A DNA stretch of 64,000 nt from an uncultured Candidatus Saccharimonadales bacterium (GTDB lineage Bacteria; Patescibacteriota; Saccharimonadia; UBA4664), in contig CAYXSN010000001.1 of assembly GCA_964467655.1 (NCBI GenBank), positions 6,323-70,322 of the forward strand, written 5' to 3'. This document shows positions 47,814 through 59,395 of the stretch, one piece after another (the stretch's first letter is position 1; each line of letters opens with the position of its first letter). The translations under genes were made by a program, and so were the position numbers. The notes below the pieces were generated by a model. It ran no database searches. It saw only the letters and a program-made list of their open reading frames with translations, and had not been told where the DNA came from.

Positions 47814-49895
47814 CTAGTCGAGCGAGGTCAGGCTCTTGAGTTGGTTGATTTTGGCGAGGACCTGAGGATATTTTACCAGAGCTTGGGGGTCAGACAGGAA
47901 TTTTAGAGCACTTTGGCGCACTTTGGTGAGCGCCGCTACATCTGATAAATCGGCCTGGTCAAGCTCCAGTTGCCCATGCTGCAGGCGGCCATAAATCTGC
48001 CCGGGACCTCTTAGTTCGAGGTCTATCTGCGCGAGTCTGAAACCATCTGTGGATTTTTCGATGGCTTGCAAGCGCTTGAGCGTAGCTGGCGATTTCGTAT
48101 CGGCCAACAGATAGCAATATGACGCCTGATCACCCCGGCCGACCCGCCCCCTGAGTTGATGGAGGGCGGCCAGGCCAAAGGTTTCGGCGTTTTCGATGAG
48201 CATGACTGTGGCATTGGGCACATTAACGCCTACTTCGATGACCGTAGTGGTCACCAGAATATCGAGCTGGCCTGAGGCAAATTTTGTCATCACCTCGGCC
48301 TTTTCAGCCGCTGCCATTTTGCCATGTAGCAAGCCCACCCGGTATCTCGTAAACGGGCCCTGACGCAAACGGTCGTATTCACTGATGACCGATTTTACCT
48401 GGCGCACCGGCGAATCCTCGATCAGTGGACAGACTATAAACGCCTGGCGACCCGAGTTGAGCTCTTGGCGGACAAACTCGTAAACCTCTTCCCTTTTAGC
48501 ATTGTCAGCCAATTTGGTAGTGATGGGGGTGCGGCCCGGCGGCAGGGCACCAATGATTGATATATCGAGATCGCCGTAGACGGTTAACTGAAGTGTTCGT
48601 GGTATGGGTGTGGCGGTCATAGTCAACAGATGCGGCAAGCTGCCGGCTTTGGCCTTGAGAACCTGACGCTGATTGACGCCGAAGCGGTGTTGCTCATCGA
48701 CGATGACCAACCCGAGGCGGCCAAACTTGGTGGCGTCCGACAAGAGTGCCTGTGTGCCAATAATCAGCCGGGGTTCGGTGGACGCCACAGCGGCTCTGGC
48801 CGTCTTGGCCTCGGCCGCTTTTTGGCCACCAAGTACCAGCTTGACAGGGTATCCCAAGTTGGCAAACAATGGCTCGAGACTCGCGGCATGCTGACGGGCG
48901 AGCACCTCAGTTGGTACCATCAGGGCCGCTTGATAGCCTGCATGCATCACCATGGTGGCGGCCATGGCGGCCACCACTGTCTTGCCTGAACCAACATCGC
49001 CCTCAAGCAAGCGATTCATCGGCGTGGTTTTGCTGATGTCTTGGAGGATTTCCCAGGCAGCTTGCTTTTGGTGGGGGGTGAGCTCGAAGCCGAGCCGGCG
49101 TGTAAATTCCTGGGCCACTTCCACATCAAAACCGATGGCTGGTGCCGGCTCAGTCGCGATTTCGCTTTTGATCACCAGACTGGTGAGCATGAGATACCAG
49201 AGTTCATCAAAAGCCAAGCGCTCCTTGGCGGCAGCTAGCTGGCTTTGGGTGGCCGGAAAATGAATATGCTGGAGGGCAGTGGCCAGGTCCACTAGCTGAT
49301 TAGCCCGACGCACTTCATCGGGGAGGATATCCTGAGTCGTGGCAATCAGCGGTAGTAGCGGTAGTATCACTGCCCTGAGCTGTTTACTGGTGAGGCCCGC
49401 TGTTTCGCCGTAGACGGGTACGATGCGGGCTGTCGATTTGGTAGCCCGGCCAGCTTCGGTGCGTTCGATGGCCGGCGACTGCATTGCTAAATCATTGCGC
49501 AGGAATTTTAGTTCACCCGATACGAGCACTGGTGTCCCCTGAGGGTAGGATTTGGCGACGTATGATTGGTTAAACCAAACGGCCTTCACCGTGCCGGTAC
49601 CGTCCGAAATAATGGCTTCGGTGAGATGCAATTTGCGACCCCGCGCGTAGCGGCCGGCAATCCGTTCAATCTGGCCCTTAAACGTCACTTTACCTGGCCT
49701 CATCGATTTGATGGCAGTAACATGAGAAAAGTCATCGTAGCGCCGGGGATAGTGCCGAACCAGTTCACCGGCATTGTGGATACCAAGCCTAGCCAGTTTG
49801 TCGGCCAGAGCCGGACCGACACCTTTGAGTGATTCAACTGGCCGCTCTTGCCAGTGATGATCACTGGCCGCCGGTGTTTCGGCCATGTCGATCAT
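47814..49895 (-). CDS. recG: ATP-dependent DNA helicase RecG
   Basis: 693-aa ORF with wedge/OB N-terminal domain, helicase motif I (GDVGSGKT), motif II (DEQHRFG) and motif VI (QLRGRVGRG). Confidence 0.95.
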   Translation of the reverse strand: MIDMAETPAASDHHWQERPVESLKGVGPALADKLARLGIHNAGELVRHYPRRYDDFSHVTAIKSMRPGKVTFKGQIERIAGRYARGRKLHLTEAIISDGTGTVKAVWFNQSYVAKSYPQGTPVLVSGELKFLRNDLAMQSPAIERTEAGRATKSTARIVPVYGETAGLTSKQLRAVILPLLPLIATTQDILPDEVRRANQLVDLATALQHIHFPATQSQLAAAKERLAFDELWYLMLTSLVIKSEIATEPAPAIGFDVEVAQEFTRRLGFELTPHQKQAAWEILQDISKTTPMNRLLEGDVGSGKTVVAAMAATMVMHAGYQAALMVPTEVLARQHAASLEPLFANLGYPVKLVLGGQKAAEAKTARAAVASTEPRLIIGTQALLSDATKFGRLGLVIVDEQHRFGVNQRQVLKAKAGSLPHLLTMTATPIPRTLQLTVYGDLDISIIGALPPGRTPITTKLADNAKREEVYEFVRQELNSGRQAFIVCPLIEDSPVRQVKSVISEYDRLRQGPFTRYRVGLLHGKMAAAEKAEVMTKFASGQLDILVTTTVIEVGVNVPNATVMLIENAETFGLAALHQLRGRVGRGDQASYCYLLADTKSPATLKRLQAIEKSTDGFRLAQIDLELRGPGQIYGRLQHGQLELDQADLSDVAALTKVRQSALKFLSDPQALVKYPQVLAKINQLKSLTSLD

Positions 49896-51097
49896 GAGTT
49901 TTTGAGCTTGTAGAACTCGGCTTTGCCGATGTTGAGTTCGTCACCGGCCTTGACGGCCTGGTCAAGACTGGTGGCCGACTGGCCGTTAATTCTGATGCCG
50001 TTTTGTTCAATGAGTGTTCTGATTTGTGACCGAGATGCGCGCAAGCCGTGTTCCAGCAAAACTGCGGCCAGTGTGGCACCATGATTGTCGATGAGCAGTG
50101 GCTTGACCATACCAGCTGCCGGACCTTGGCGGTCGCGGAAGGTGGCGTTCCAGTCGGTTTCGGCCTTGCCGGCAGCCGCAGGAGAATGGTAGCGCGCCAC
50201 AATTTCGTGGGCGAGCGAGGCTTTGGTGTCGCGGGGGTTGGCACCAGCTGCCAGGGTTGTAACCAATTCGGCGATGGTCGTCAGTGGAATATCGGTACAC
50301 AGTTCATAGTACGGAGCAATCAGTTTATCTGGCAACGTCATGATTTTACCGTACATATCGATAGGCGCATCGGCGACACCAACGTAATTATCGAGGCTTT
50401 TAGACATTTTCTTGACTCCATCAAGACCAACTAGCAACTGGCAGGTAAACACAATTTGCGGCACTTGTCCCAATTTCTTTTGGAGGGCTCGACCTGCCAT
50501 GAGGTTAAATAATTGGTCGCTACCGCCAAATTCTACATCGGCTTCCAGAGCCACAGAGTCATAGGCCTGCATGAGTGGATAGAGCAACTCGTGCAGCGCT
50601 ATTTCTGAACCTGCCTGCAGGCGCTGTTTGAAATCTTCACGCTCAATCGTTTGGGCGACTGATACATTTGATGCCAGTTGGATGAGCTGGCCGAAGTTGA
50701 GAGCACCAAGCCATTCTGAGTTGTATCTGATTTCGGCCTTCTTAACATCAAGGAGTCTGCCGACTTGTTCGAGGTAGGTTTTGACGTTGGCCTGAATCTG
50801 GGCGTCAGACAGCATGGGTCGAGTCTGGTTGCGGCCGCTGGGATCGCCGATCTTGGTGGTATAATCACCTATCAAAAAAATTACCGTATGACCTAAGTCT
50901 TGGAATTGTCTGAGCTTCGATAAAACCACGGCATGACCGATGTGCAAGTCTGGCCTGGTAGGATCGACGCCAAACTTAATGCGCAGTTTTTTTGTCTGGG
51001 CACCAGCTGCCAAAGCCGCTTCTAATCTTGGCTGATCAATGACGGTATCGGTGCCCCGGACGAGCAGGTCGTGTAAATCTGGTTGGGTAGCTTTCAT
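49892..51097 (-). CDS. tyrS: Tyrosine--tRNA ligase (start trimmed to MKATQPD...)
   Basis: HIGH motif (PTRPDLHIGHAV), KMSKS motif and C-terminal S4 domain. The 452-aa ORF-track version would overlap the upstream gene. 4-nt overlap with recG. Confidence 0.9.
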   Translation of the reverse strand: MKATQPDLHDLLVRGTDTVIDQPRLEAALAAGAQTKKLRIKFGVDPTRPDLHIGHAVVLSKLRQFQDLGHTVIFLIGDYTTKIGDPSGRNQTRPMLSDAQIQANVKTYLEQVGRLLDVKKAEIRYNSEWLGALNFGQLIQLASNVSVAQTIEREDFKQRLQAGSEIALHELLYPLMQAYDSVALEADVEFGGSDQLFNLMAGRALQKKLGQVPQIVFTCQLLVGLDGVKKMSKSLDNYVGVADAPIDMYGKIMTLPDKLIAPYYELCTDIPLTTIAELVTTLAAGANPRDTKASLAHEIVARYHSPAAAGKAETDWNATFRDRQGPAAGMVKPLLIDNHGATLAAVLLEHGLRASRSQIRTLIEQNGIRINGQSATSLDQAVKAGDELNIGKAEFYKLKNS

Positions 51098-51120
51098 ATC
51101 AGGTAACAGTTTACCACGAC

Positions 51121-51624
51121 CTACCACCGACCCGAAAGCCACCACAAGAGTGTGGCCGCCCACAGGACTTCTATCACGAGTCCCCAAGGCCTTTCCCAAC
51201 GCTGGATCCCACCCAAAAATGCCAACATGGGCCGGTACCAAGCAAACCATTTTTCGACGCGTGGCCGACTAAATATCACTAACGGTATATAGGTGAGATC
51301 TGGCAGGGTGGCACCCAAGACGCCAGTGGCGATCGGCCAAGCAGCTGACGGCCAATGCGATATCGCTGTTACTGCCACCAACGTCGACAGGCTGAAATCG
51401 AGCGAGCCAACTATTAGAAAGAACCTGTCGCGGTAACTGTAATCCCGGTTGGGTGTGTGAGGCGCTCGGCGGGCTTTGGCTTCACTCGAGCGACGGTCAG
51501 GGCCATAGTGCGGTACCATATCCTGCAGTAAATGTGAAATCACGCCAATCGGGAGCGCGGCGGCCGGTTGCCCCGTGACCAAGCCGATGGCGGTACCGGT
51601 AAGTGTGTGATTTGTTAGAAGCAT
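51121..51624 (-). CDS. DUF457/YdjM-like membrane-bound metal-dependent hydrolase (tentative)
   Basis: 167-aa membrane protein. ISHLLQDMVPHYG resembles the YdjM LSHILADMLTPAG motif. N-terminal His and TM pattern fit. Confidence 0.45.
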   Translation of the reverse strand: MLLTNHTLTGTAIGLVTGQPAAALPIGVISHLLQDMVPHYGPDRRSSEAKARRAPHTPNRDYSYRDRFFLIVGSLDFSLSTLVAVTAISHWPSAAWPIATGVLGATLPDLTYIPLVIFSRPRVEKWFAWYRPMLAFLGGIQRWERPWGLVIEVLWAATLLWWLSGRW

Positions 51625-51656
51625 AAGCGTATTATACTCAATTCGTCGACAGTGAG

Positions 51657-51665
51657 TGCTATAAT
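51657..51665 (+). promoter_or_regulatory. Extended -10 promoter element (TGcTATAAT) upstream of the PBP gene
   Basis: TGCTATAAT at 51657-51665, 36 nt upstream of the ATG at 51702. No good -35, as is usual for extended -10 promoters. Confidence 0.4.
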
Positions 51666-51701
51666 GGGGTGGTTAATTGTAAGAATGAGTGTTATTTTAC
51701 T

Positions 51702-54638
51702 ATGCCCAAACGACATGTCATCAAACGTAAGCCGGCCAGCCCTCTAACCGATACTACCAGGGCTCATTCGGGCCGTTGGGCGCGGTTCCGACATGGTTTT
51801 ACACCAGCCGGTATCAAGGAATACTGGTTTAGTCGAGCCGGTTTGCGCCGCGTCGGATTGCTCGCCGGTGCCGGGTTGTTCCTGGTTTTTCTGGTGTTTT
51901 TATGGTACGCCAAGGATCTGCCAACGCCGGGCAAAATTAACGCCCGAGTAACTGCCCAGACCACTAAGTTTTATGATTCAAGCGAGCAGCATCTGATTTA
52001 TGAGGTCTACGGCGACCAAAATCGCAGCATCATTAGTTTTGATGAGATCCCGGCGGTTGCCAAGCAGGCGACTATTGCCATTGAAGATAAGGATTTCTAC
52101 ACCCATGGATCGTTTAGCGTGTGGGGCTACATCAGGGCTGCCTATGAAAACACCCGCAACGCCAACACCCGCCAAGGCGGTTCAACTATCACCCAGCAAT
52201 ATGTGAAGAATGCGTTACTTGACCCAACCGACCATAGTTATGGTCGCAAGATTAAGGAGTTGATGCTGTCGGTGTTGATCGGCCAGTTCTATTCCAAGAA
52301 CGACATTTTGGCCTTGTACTTAAATGAAATCCCCTACGGCAACCAGGCTTATGGCATCGAGAGTGCCTGCAAAACGTTCTTTCCTATGAATATCGATCAG
52401 CAGGACAAAGACAAGCGCTGCGCAAAGAACCTGAAACTTGACCAGTCGGCGCTGCTGGCGGCTATTTTGAACGGCCCCTCCTACTTTTCGCCCTATGGCA
52501 ACCACCCCCAAGAGCTGATCGACCGCCAGCACATTGTGTTGGGCCTGATGGTTGATCAGGGTTACATCTCACAAGCCGATGCCGATGCCGCCACATGGCA
52601 ATTAGCTGATCTGCGCAATAAAGACAAGATTAGTCAAGATCGTAATCTGTATGCCAACCTCGATTCCCGGTTTGCTCACTTCGTACTGTATGCTCAGGAA
52701 AAACTTGAGCAAAAGTATGGCACAGCCACGGTGACTGAGGGTGGCCTCAAGGTAGTAACCACACTTGATTACGATAAGCAGATTGCCGCCTACGAATCAA
52801 TCCAGGACAATATGGCTCACATCAAAGCCAACAAGGGGTCAAACTCCGCCATGGTAGTCACTGATCCCAAGACAGGCCACATACTGGCGATGATCGGCTC
52901 TCACGATTTCAACGACAGTGAAAACGGTCAGGTAAACGTTGCCAACAGTTTGCGTCAGCCAGGGTCAAGCTTTAAACCATTCGTGTATGCCACATTGTTT
53001 GCCAAAAACAAGGATGCAGTTTGCGCCAAGGATCGCACCTGTTCGACGTTTGGCCCCGGCAGCACGGTGTATGATATTCCAACGGTATTTACGCCAGAAA
53101 GACCTGAATGGCCTCAGAATTTTGGAAAGAAGACCTATGGTATCATAACCATGCGTCAAGCTCTGGCTGGGTCGCTCAATATTCCAGCAGTAAAGGCTCT
53201 GGCTATGGCTGGAATTGAAGATTCGCTACGGACTGCCCGAGGATTGGGCATCACGACACTTGGTGAACCTTCTAAATATGGCTTGTCATTGGTGCTCGGT
53301 AGTGGTGAAGTTAAACTTGTAGAGATGGCGAATGCTTATGAGTCGTTTGCTAATGGCGGCCAACACTTCGACCAAACTCCTATTCTCAAGCTCTATGACC
53401 AAAAAGGTGTGGTCTTGGAAGATAATTCAAAGCCCGACAAGCCAAAACAGGCACTTGATTCTCAGGTGGCTTATTTGATGGCTGATGTCTTGAGTGATAA
53501 CGACGCCAAGAAATACGTGTTTGCCAATGATCTGACTCTCAACAACATGTGTGGCAATAACAATGCCTCAGGCTGTGTACATGCCGGCGCCAAGACGGGT
53601 ACGACCGAGCACTTCAACGATGCCTGGACTATCGGTTTCACCAAAGATATTGTGGCGGCTGTATGGGTAGGTAATAATGACAATGCTCCCATGAATACAG
53701 CGGCGGCCGACATTGCCGCTCCGGTCTGGCGCAATTTCATGAATAAAATGACCGGCGGCAAGCCAAATGAAGCCTTTACTAAGGACAGTTCAGTTAAGAC
53801 TGTGACGCTCGATAAAAAGACCGGCCGGTCAAAGTCAAACGGTACAACCACAACCACCACCGATATCTTCCCCTCCTGGTATGTACCAATGAGCCCGTCG
53901 TCGGGTCGCAGCGCTGTCGTTGATAAGGTATCAGGCTTACTGGCCACTGAGTGTACTCCAGAGTTAGCCAAAGAAACCAAATATTCCAGCGCAATCCTGC
54001 CCGAGATAACCAAAACCGAAAACAGCTACCAGTATAGTTTGTGGCTAGCGGCGCTCAATAAGGCCGGATATGCATCAAGCGCTGATTTGCCGACCAATTC
54101 TGATAACGTTCACAGTTGTTCTGACAGCAAACCAGTCGCCAATATTACTGGCTTAGGGGGTGGGGGGCCTTATGCCTTCCAGGTACAGGTAACAGCCGGC
54201 ACGTTCACTCCCAACAAGCTCGAAGTCTTCTTTGATGACCAAATCGTGTCCACCCAAGTCATTAGCGGTAGCGGCACGTACGACGTGAATTTTAGCCCGA
54301 CATCAGCCGGCACTCACACCATCAAAGCTGTTGTCACCGACGACAAGCTCTACCAGAGCAGTGACAGCCAAACCGTTACCGTTACTAATGTTGGGGCACC
54401 ATTTAGCAATGAAGCGCCGACCAATGGCTCCCTGCAAGGTGTCGGCTCGGTAACATTTAGTTGGTCAGCTGAAAATGGTGCCGAGAGTTACTCGCTGTAT
54501 GTCGATGGTACCAAGCAAGGCGGCTCGACCGATGCAACCTCAAAAGCCGTTACCTTGGGGGCTGGTGCTCATACCTGGTACGTTAAGAGTAATAAGGGCA
54601 CTCAAACCAGCCCCTGGAGCGTCACGCTCACGCCGTAA
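51702..54638 (+). CDS. Class A penicillin-binding protein (PBP1A-type) with C-terminal Ig-like repeat region
   Basis: Start trimmed to MPKRHVIKRK.... TM anchor, GT51 motifs (IEDKDFYTHG, GGSTITQQYVKN), transpeptidase SxxK (SSFKPF), SxN and KTG (KTGTT), then an ~250-aa Thr/Ser/Gly-rich beta-rich C-terminal extension. Confidence 0.9.
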   Translation: MPKRHVIKRKPASPLTDTTRAHSGRWARFRHGFTPAGIKEYWFSRAGLRRVGLLAGAGLFLVFLVFLWYAKDLPTPGKINARVTAQTTKFYDSSEQHLIYEVYGDQNRSIISFDEIPAVAKQATIAIEDKDFYTHGSFSVWGYIRAAYENTRNANTRQGGSTITQQYVKNALLDPTDHSYGRKIKELMLSVLIGQFYSKNDILALYLNEIPYGNQAYGIESACKTFFPMNIDQQDKDKRCAKNLKLDQSALLAAILNGPSYFSPYGNHPQELIDRQHIVLGLMVDQGYISQADADAATWQLADLRNKDKISQDRNLYANLDSRFAHFVLYAQEKLEQKYGTATVTEGGLKVVTTLDYDKQIAAYESIQDNMAHIKANKGSNSAMVVTDPKTGHILAMIGSHDFNDSENGQVNVANSLRQPGSSFKPFVYATLFAKNKDAVCAKDRTCSTFGPGSTVYDIPTVFTPERPEWPQNFGKKTYGIITMRQALAGSLNIPAVKALAMAGIEDSLRTARGLGITTLGEPSKYGLSLVLGSGEVKLVEMANAYESFANGGQHFDQTPILKLYDQKGVVLEDNSKPDKPKQALDSQVAYLMADVLSDNDAKKYVFANDLTLNNMCGNNNASGCVHAGAKTGTTEHFNDAWTIGFTKDIVAAVWVGNNDNAPMNTAAADIAAPVWRNFMNKMTGGKPNEAFTKDSSVKTVTLDKKTGRSKSNGTTTTTTDIFPSWYVPMSPSSGRSAVVDKVSGLLATECTPELAKETKYSSAILPEITKTENSYQYSLWLAALNKAGYASSADLPTNSDNVHSCSDSKPVANITGLGGGGPYAFQVQVTAGTFTPNKLEVFFDDQIVSTQVISGSGTYDVNFSPTSAGTHTIKAVVTDDKLYQSSDSQTVTVTNVGAPFSNEAPTNGSLQGVGSVTFSWSAENGAESYSLYVDGTKQGGSTDATSKAVTLGAGAHTWYVKSNKGTQTSPWSVTLTP

Positions 54639-54668
54639 TCATCGGGCGACGGTAACAAAAGCTTCAAG

Positions 54669-55391
54669 CTATCGTTTAACTGGTGTCGCAAAAATCATTT
54701 TGCCAGCAGCGCTCTGGAAGGCTCTGGTGACTTCAGTTTGCACCGTTTGGCCAATCAACCCGGCGCCGTTTTCAACCACTATCATGGTACCGTCATCAAG
54801 ATAACCAACACCTTGGCCCTGGCCTTTGCCTTTTTGCACTACTGTAACAGTGAGGTTCTCGCCCGGTACGACGACAGGCCGCAAAGCGCCGGCGAGCTCA
54901 TTCACGTTTAAGATACGCAAGCCCTGGACGCTGGCGACCTGGCCAAGATTAAAATCGGTCGTCAGGAGTGCGCAATGCCATTTTTGAGCGAGTTTCACCA
55001 GCTTGGCATCCACTTCTTTGAGCCCGCTGACATCTTCATCTGATACCCTGAGACCTTTCGGCAGTTCCCGTAACCGCTGCAGCGTATCAAGGCCACGACG
55101 ACCACGCGCCCGGCGCAGGTCATCTTCGGAGTCAGCGATGTTTTGCAGCTCACTCAAGACAAATTTCGGCACCGTAATTTGACCTGGCACAAAACCGGCG
55201 GCGGCAATGTCGGCAATCCGGCCATCGATAATAACTGATGTATCGATGAGCACTGGCGGCAGCTGGGGCTTGGACGGTGTCGCCGGTACGGTAGCCGGCT
55301 TAGCCGGCTGCCTTTGACTAAGTCGCCATATGATGGCGCTGAGTAAAATTGTATTGGCTAGTACCAGCCAAAATGTAGCGTCCTGTAGCAT
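54669..55391 (-). CDS. PIN and TRAM domain protein (YacL-like)
   Basis: 240-aa ORF with N-terminal TM, PIN domain (VLIDTSVIIDGRI...D) and C-terminal TRAM-like beta domain. Immediately downstream of radA, as in Firmicutes. Confidence 0.75.
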   Translation of the reverse strand: MLQDATFWLVLANTILLSAIIWRLSQRQPAKPATVPATPSKPQLPPVLIDTSVIIDGRIADIAAAGFVPGQITVPKFVLSELQNIADSEDDLRRARGRRGLDTLQRLRELPKGLRVSDEDVSGLKEVDAKLVKLAQKWHCALLTTDFNLGQVASVQGLRILNVNELAGALRPVVVPGENLTVTVVQKGKGQGQGVGYLDDGTMIVVENGAGLIGQTVQTEVTRAFQSAAGKMIFATPVKR

Positions 55392-55403
55392 AACGATAAT
55401 TCC

Positions 55404-56783
55404 TCATTCATTTTTTATGTGGTTTGCGCGCGGCCGTTTGGTGGCGCCTATCTGCTGGATAGCCTCTTGAACGGAGCCGACGCCACGCACGCCCTTGGGT
55501 GCCTGGTAAGCAGGTCCGATGACGTACTGGTAGCCCAGACGCTTGGCTTCAGCCTGCCGGCGGCTGGCTTGAGGTACAGCTCTGACCTCACCGCTTAAAC
55601 CAACTTCGCCAAATACTGCTGTTTGGTCTGGCAGGGGCGTATCAGCTAAAGCTGAAGCTATGGCGCAAATAATTGCTAGGTCGGCCGCCGGTTCTGCCAC
55701 CTTGAGGCCACCCACGACGTTAACATAAATGTCAGACGAGCTCAAGTTTAGGCCGCCGCGCCGGCCTAGCACCGCCACCAGCAGGTTGAGGCGGTTCAAA
55801 TCAAATCCGGCGGCTGTCCGTTTGGGGTAGCCAAAAGGCGTCGGCGAAACGAGGGCTTGTACCTCCACCAGGAGCGGGCGGGTGCCCTCAACAGTGGCCA
55901 GCACCACTGAACCACTGGCAGGAGTTCTCTCGGCGAGCAGGGCGGCAGATGGGTTGGCAACGCCTACTAGCCCAGTTTCGGCCATCTCGAAAATGCCCGT
56001 TTCACTCGTCGAACCGAAACGGTTTTTGATGCCCCGCAGCGCCTTAAACGTGCCGTAGCGCTCACCTTCCAGATATAAGACCACGTCAACGAGGTGTTCC
56101 AAAATCTTGGGACCAGCGATGGTACCCTCCTTGGTGACATGTCCAATCACCAGCGTGGCAATGCCCAGCTTTTTGGCGGCGCCTTGGATGGTGTGAGTAG
56201 CCGCCGTGATTTGGCCAACTGTGCCCGCCGCGCCCGTGAGCGCAGCCGTCGCCATGGTTTGGATGGAGTCAATAATGACGAGGTGGTATTGGCCCGTTGC
56301 CATAGTAGCTACAACGACATCGATGTCAGTTTCGGCCAGGAGCTCAAGTGGTGCCTCGCCCAGACCTAGGCGGTCGGCTCGAAGCTTAATTTGTGCAGCC
56401 GATTCTTCGCCTGACACATACAGCACGTGTCGGCCCGACTGTGCCAAGTGCCCCGCAATCTGGAGTACTAACGTGCTTTTGCCGATGCCAGGATCGCCCG
56501 ACAGCAGCATGATCGAACCGGCAACAATTCCTCCGCCGAGTACCTGGTCGACTTCTGATAAGCCTGTGGGTATCCTCGGTTGCCTGGCGGTATCGACGGC
56601 AGCCAGAGCAACAGGAGTGGCAGCAGCGGCTACGCGGGTACGGCTGCCAGGACTGGCGGCCACTGTCGCCACTGCTTGTTCAACTAGGCTATTCCAGGAC
56701 CCGCATTGCTCGCACTTGCCCATCCAGCGGCTGAACATAGCGCCGCATTGAGCGCAGACGAACTGAGTGGTCGATTTAGCCAC
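55404..56783 (-). CDS. radA: DNA repair protein RadA/Sms
   Basis: 459-aa ORF with N-terminal zinc finger ([23 protein letters not shown]), RecA-like Walker A ([10 protein letters not shown]), KNRFG motif and Lon-like C-terminal domain. Confidence 0.95.
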   Translation of the reverse strand: MAKSTTQFVCAQCGAMFSRWMGKCEQCGSWNSLVEQAVATVAASPGSRTRVAAAATPVALAAVDTARQPRIPTGLSEVDQVLGGGIVAGSIMLLSGDPGIGKSTLVLQIAGHLAQSGRHVLYVSGEESAAQIKLRADRLGLGEAPLELLAETDIDVVVATMATGQYHLVIIDSIQTMATAALTGAAGTVGQITAATHTIQGAAKKLGIATLVIGHVTKEGTIAGPKILEHLVDVVLYLEGERYGTFKALRGIKNRFGSTSETGIFEMAETGLVGVANPSAALLAERTPASGSVVLATVEGTRPLLVEVQALVSPTPFGYPKRTAAGFDLNRLNLLVAVLGRRGGLNLSSSDIYVNVVGGLKVAEPAADLAIICAIASALADTPLPDQTAVFGEVGLSGEVRAVPQASRRQAEAKRLGYQYVIGPAYQAPKGVRGVGSVQEAIQQIGATKRPRANHIKNE

Positions 56784-59274
56784 GGCTCGTTACAGTGGCC
56801 GGCCGGTTGACGGCCCGCAGTAGCAGGCTGTCGCCGCGGCGGCTGATCGAAATGGTATCGCCCTCCTTGAAGGAACCGTCAAGCAAACCGGCGGCCAAGG
56901 GATCTTCAACTAAGCGCTGGATAGTCCGGCGCAATGGCCTGGCGCCTTGTTTGGCATCATAGCCCTTTTCGATGAGGAGCGCCCGGGCTGCTGGCAAAAA
57001 CTTTAGTCCCAGATGCTGTTTGGCGACGCGACGGCTCAGTTCTGCAAGTTGCAGACTCAAGATATCCCTCAGCGATAGCTGCGATAAGGCCTGGAAGACT
57101 ACAATAGAATCAACCCTATTGATAAACTCGGGCTTAAACTGTTGGCGCAAGGCTTCCATGACACTGGTTTTCACCCGCTCATGCTCGGCTTCGAGCGCTT
57201 TTTCGGCAGCCGCAGTCCGGGTACGAAAACCCAATGTGGCTTCCTGGAACATGTCAGCAGCGCCAACGTTTGACGTCATGATAATGACTGTGTTCCTGAA
57301 GTCGACTTTACGACCCTTGGCATCGCTAATATAGCCGTCTTCAAGGATTTGCAGTAGCATATTGAACACATCGGGATGGGCTTTTTCAATTTCGTCAAAC
57401 AGAATGAGACTGTAGGGGCGGCGTCTGACCATCTCGGTCAATTGGCCGCCGTCGTCATACCCGACATACCCGGCGGGCGCCCCTAGTAAGCGCGAGACAT
57501 TATGTTTTTCCATGAACTCGCTCATATCGACTTTGATGAGAGCATCGCGGTCGTGGAACATTTCTTCACTCAAAACGCGCGCTAATTCAGTTTTACCAAC
57601 GCCTGTCGGCCCGAGAAACATAAATGAGCCGATTGGCCGTCGGCTATCAGCCACACCAGCCCTTGAGCGCCTGATGGCCGCCGCTACGGCTGCCACCGCC
57701 TCATCCTGGCCAATGATGCGCCGGCGTAGATTGGTCTCCAACTGTGACAGATTTTGGGCTTCGGCCTGGGCGATACGAGTAGCCGGAATACCGGTCATGA
57801 GTGATACTACCTGAGCAATGTCTTCTGGCTCCACTTGCAGCTTGGGTTGGTCGCCTTCACGGCGCTCCAGAGCCTTTAACCGGCCCTGAATGACCGACTC
57901 CCTGGTTTTCAGACGGGCGGCCAGCTCAAAATCTTGATCAAAGACGGCATTCTCGATGTCATCTTTAATTTCGGCCAGGGTCTGGGTGAGCGTCCTCCGT
58001 GATTTGCTCGTTCCGCATTTTTGAATTCTCACCAAGCTGGCAGCTTCGTCTACCAGGTCGATGGCTTTGTCGGGCAGAAAACGGTCAGCCACGTACCGCT
58101 TGGCCATTTCGGCGGCGGCCACTAAGGCCTCGTCGGTAAGATGCAATTTGTGATGGGCTTCATAGCGCGATTTCAGGCCGCGTAGCACTGCATTGGTTTC
58201 TTCGAGTGTGGCTTCGGGTACCTGGATAGGCTGGAAACGCCTTTCGAGAGCTGAGTCTTTCTCAATGTGCTTGCGATATTCATCAAGTGTGGTGGCGCCA
58301 ATCACCTGGATCTGGCCGCGACTTAGAGCTGGTTTGAGGATATTGGCAGCATCGATAGCCCCTTCGGCGGCACCAGCTCCCACTACGGTGTGTAGTTCAT
58401 CGATAAATAGGATGATCGACGGGTTCGCTGTGGCTTCATCGAGAATTTTCTTGAGTCGTTCTTCAAATTCGCCGCGGTATTTCGTACCAGCCACCACTGA
58501 GGCTAGATCGAGCGCCACCAGTCGTTTGCCAAGTAGGTGCTCGGGCACGTCACCCGACGCGATACTCTGGGCTAAACCTTCGACGATAGCGGTTTTACCA
58601 ACGCCAGGCTCGCCGATAAGAACTGGATTATTCTTGGTGCGTCGGCCCAGTACCGACACCATACGACTCATTTGGCTTTGCCGCCCAACCATCGGATCAA
58701 GGTCGCCCTTGCTGGCCTTGACTGTCAGATCGTGGCCAAAATGGTCGATAGCAGGCGTGCCTGATTTGCTGCCGCCCTTGGGTGACCGAGCCGACATAGC
58801 CTGGGAATCTTCAGGAAAAGCCGGTTGCTGGTTGCTCAGGTAGTTTTCGACTTCATTGCGGATCCCTGTGGGATCGACCTGCAAGTCGTTGCGCAAGAGA
58901 CTTATAGCTCGGGCACTTTTTTCGCTTAAGATAGCATACAGGATATGCTCGGTACCACAGTACGGCTGGCCGAACTCCTTTGCGATCCGCAAACTGTAGG
59001 TAAGAGTACGTTTGGCGGTCTCAGAAGCACCTTTGTAGCCAGTGCCAACCATCTGTTGGCTGAAACTTAAGACTAACTGGGCCTTTTCAAAGGTGACTCC
59101 AGCTGAGCTCAGAATCTTGGCTCCTATCGACGTTTCTTGTTGTAGGACTCCGAGTAAAATGTGCTCGGTGCCCACATAGCTACTGCCCATCTGGGTAGCA
59201 ATCGTTTCGGCATTATGTAGACTACGTTTGGCGTTTTCGGTAAAACGGTCAAAATGGGCGCTCATGTCGGCCAT
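56776..59274 (-). CDS. clpC: ATP-dependent Clp protease ATP-binding subunit ClpC (start trimmed to [19 protein letters not shown])
   Basis: Two Clp-N repeats, AAA-1 ([15 protein letters not shown]), UVR-like linker and AAA-2 ([12 protein letters not shown]). 8-nt overlap with radA. Confidence 0.9.
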   Translation of the reverse strand: MADMSAHFDRFTENAKRSLHNAETIATQMGSSYVGTEHILLGVLQQETSIGAKILSSAGVTFEKAQLVLSFSQQMVGTGYKGASETAKRTLTYSLRIAKEFGQPYCGTEHILYAILSEKSARAISLLRNDLQVDPTGIRNEVENYLSNQQPAFPEDSQAMSARSPKGGSKSGTPAIDHFGHDLTVKASKGDLDPMVGRQSQMSRMVSVLGRRTKNNPVLIGEPGVGKTAIVEGLAQSIASGDVPEHLLGKRLVALDLASVVAGTKYRGEFEERLKKILDEATANPSIILFIDELHTVVGAGAAEGAIDAANILKPALSRGQIQVIGATTLDEYRKHIEKDSALERRFQPIQVPEATLEETNAVLRGLKSRYEAHHKLHLTDEALVAAAEMAKRYVADRFLPDKAIDLVDEAASLVRIQKCGTSKSRRTLTQTLAEIKDDIENAVFDQDFELAARLKTRESVIQGRLKALERREGDQPKLQVEPEDIAQVVSLMTGIPATRIAQAEAQNLSQLETNLRRRIIGQDEAVAAVAAAIRRSRAGVADSRRPIGSFMFLGPTGVGKTELARVLSEEMFHDRDALIKVDMSEFMEKHNVSRLLGAPAGYVGYDDGGQLTEMVRRRPYSLILFDEIEKAHPDVFNMLLQILEDGYISDAKGRKVDFRNTVIIMTSNVGAADMFQEATLGFRTRTAAAEKALEAEHERVKTSVMEALRQQFKPEFINRVDSIVVFQALSQLSLRDILSLQLAELSRRVAKQHLGLKFLPAARALLIEKGYDAKQGARPLRRTIQRLVEDPLAAGLLDGSFKEGDTISISRRGDSLLLRAVNRPATVTSRG

Positions 59275-59395
59275 GGCGGGCTCCTTTCGCAAGAACAATA
59301 TGGACTGTAAGATCCAGTATAGCATCACTAGCACTCAATGCAAGCGAGTGCTAACTATTTGATGGAGCTATTGCTTCAGGCAGGGCCGCGGCTCG

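Noticed and set aside
51669-51701. GTG start at 51669 for the PBP gene
   Set aside because: It lies only 3 nt after the extended -10 element and so is almost certainly upstream of the transcription start. The ATG at 51702 was used.
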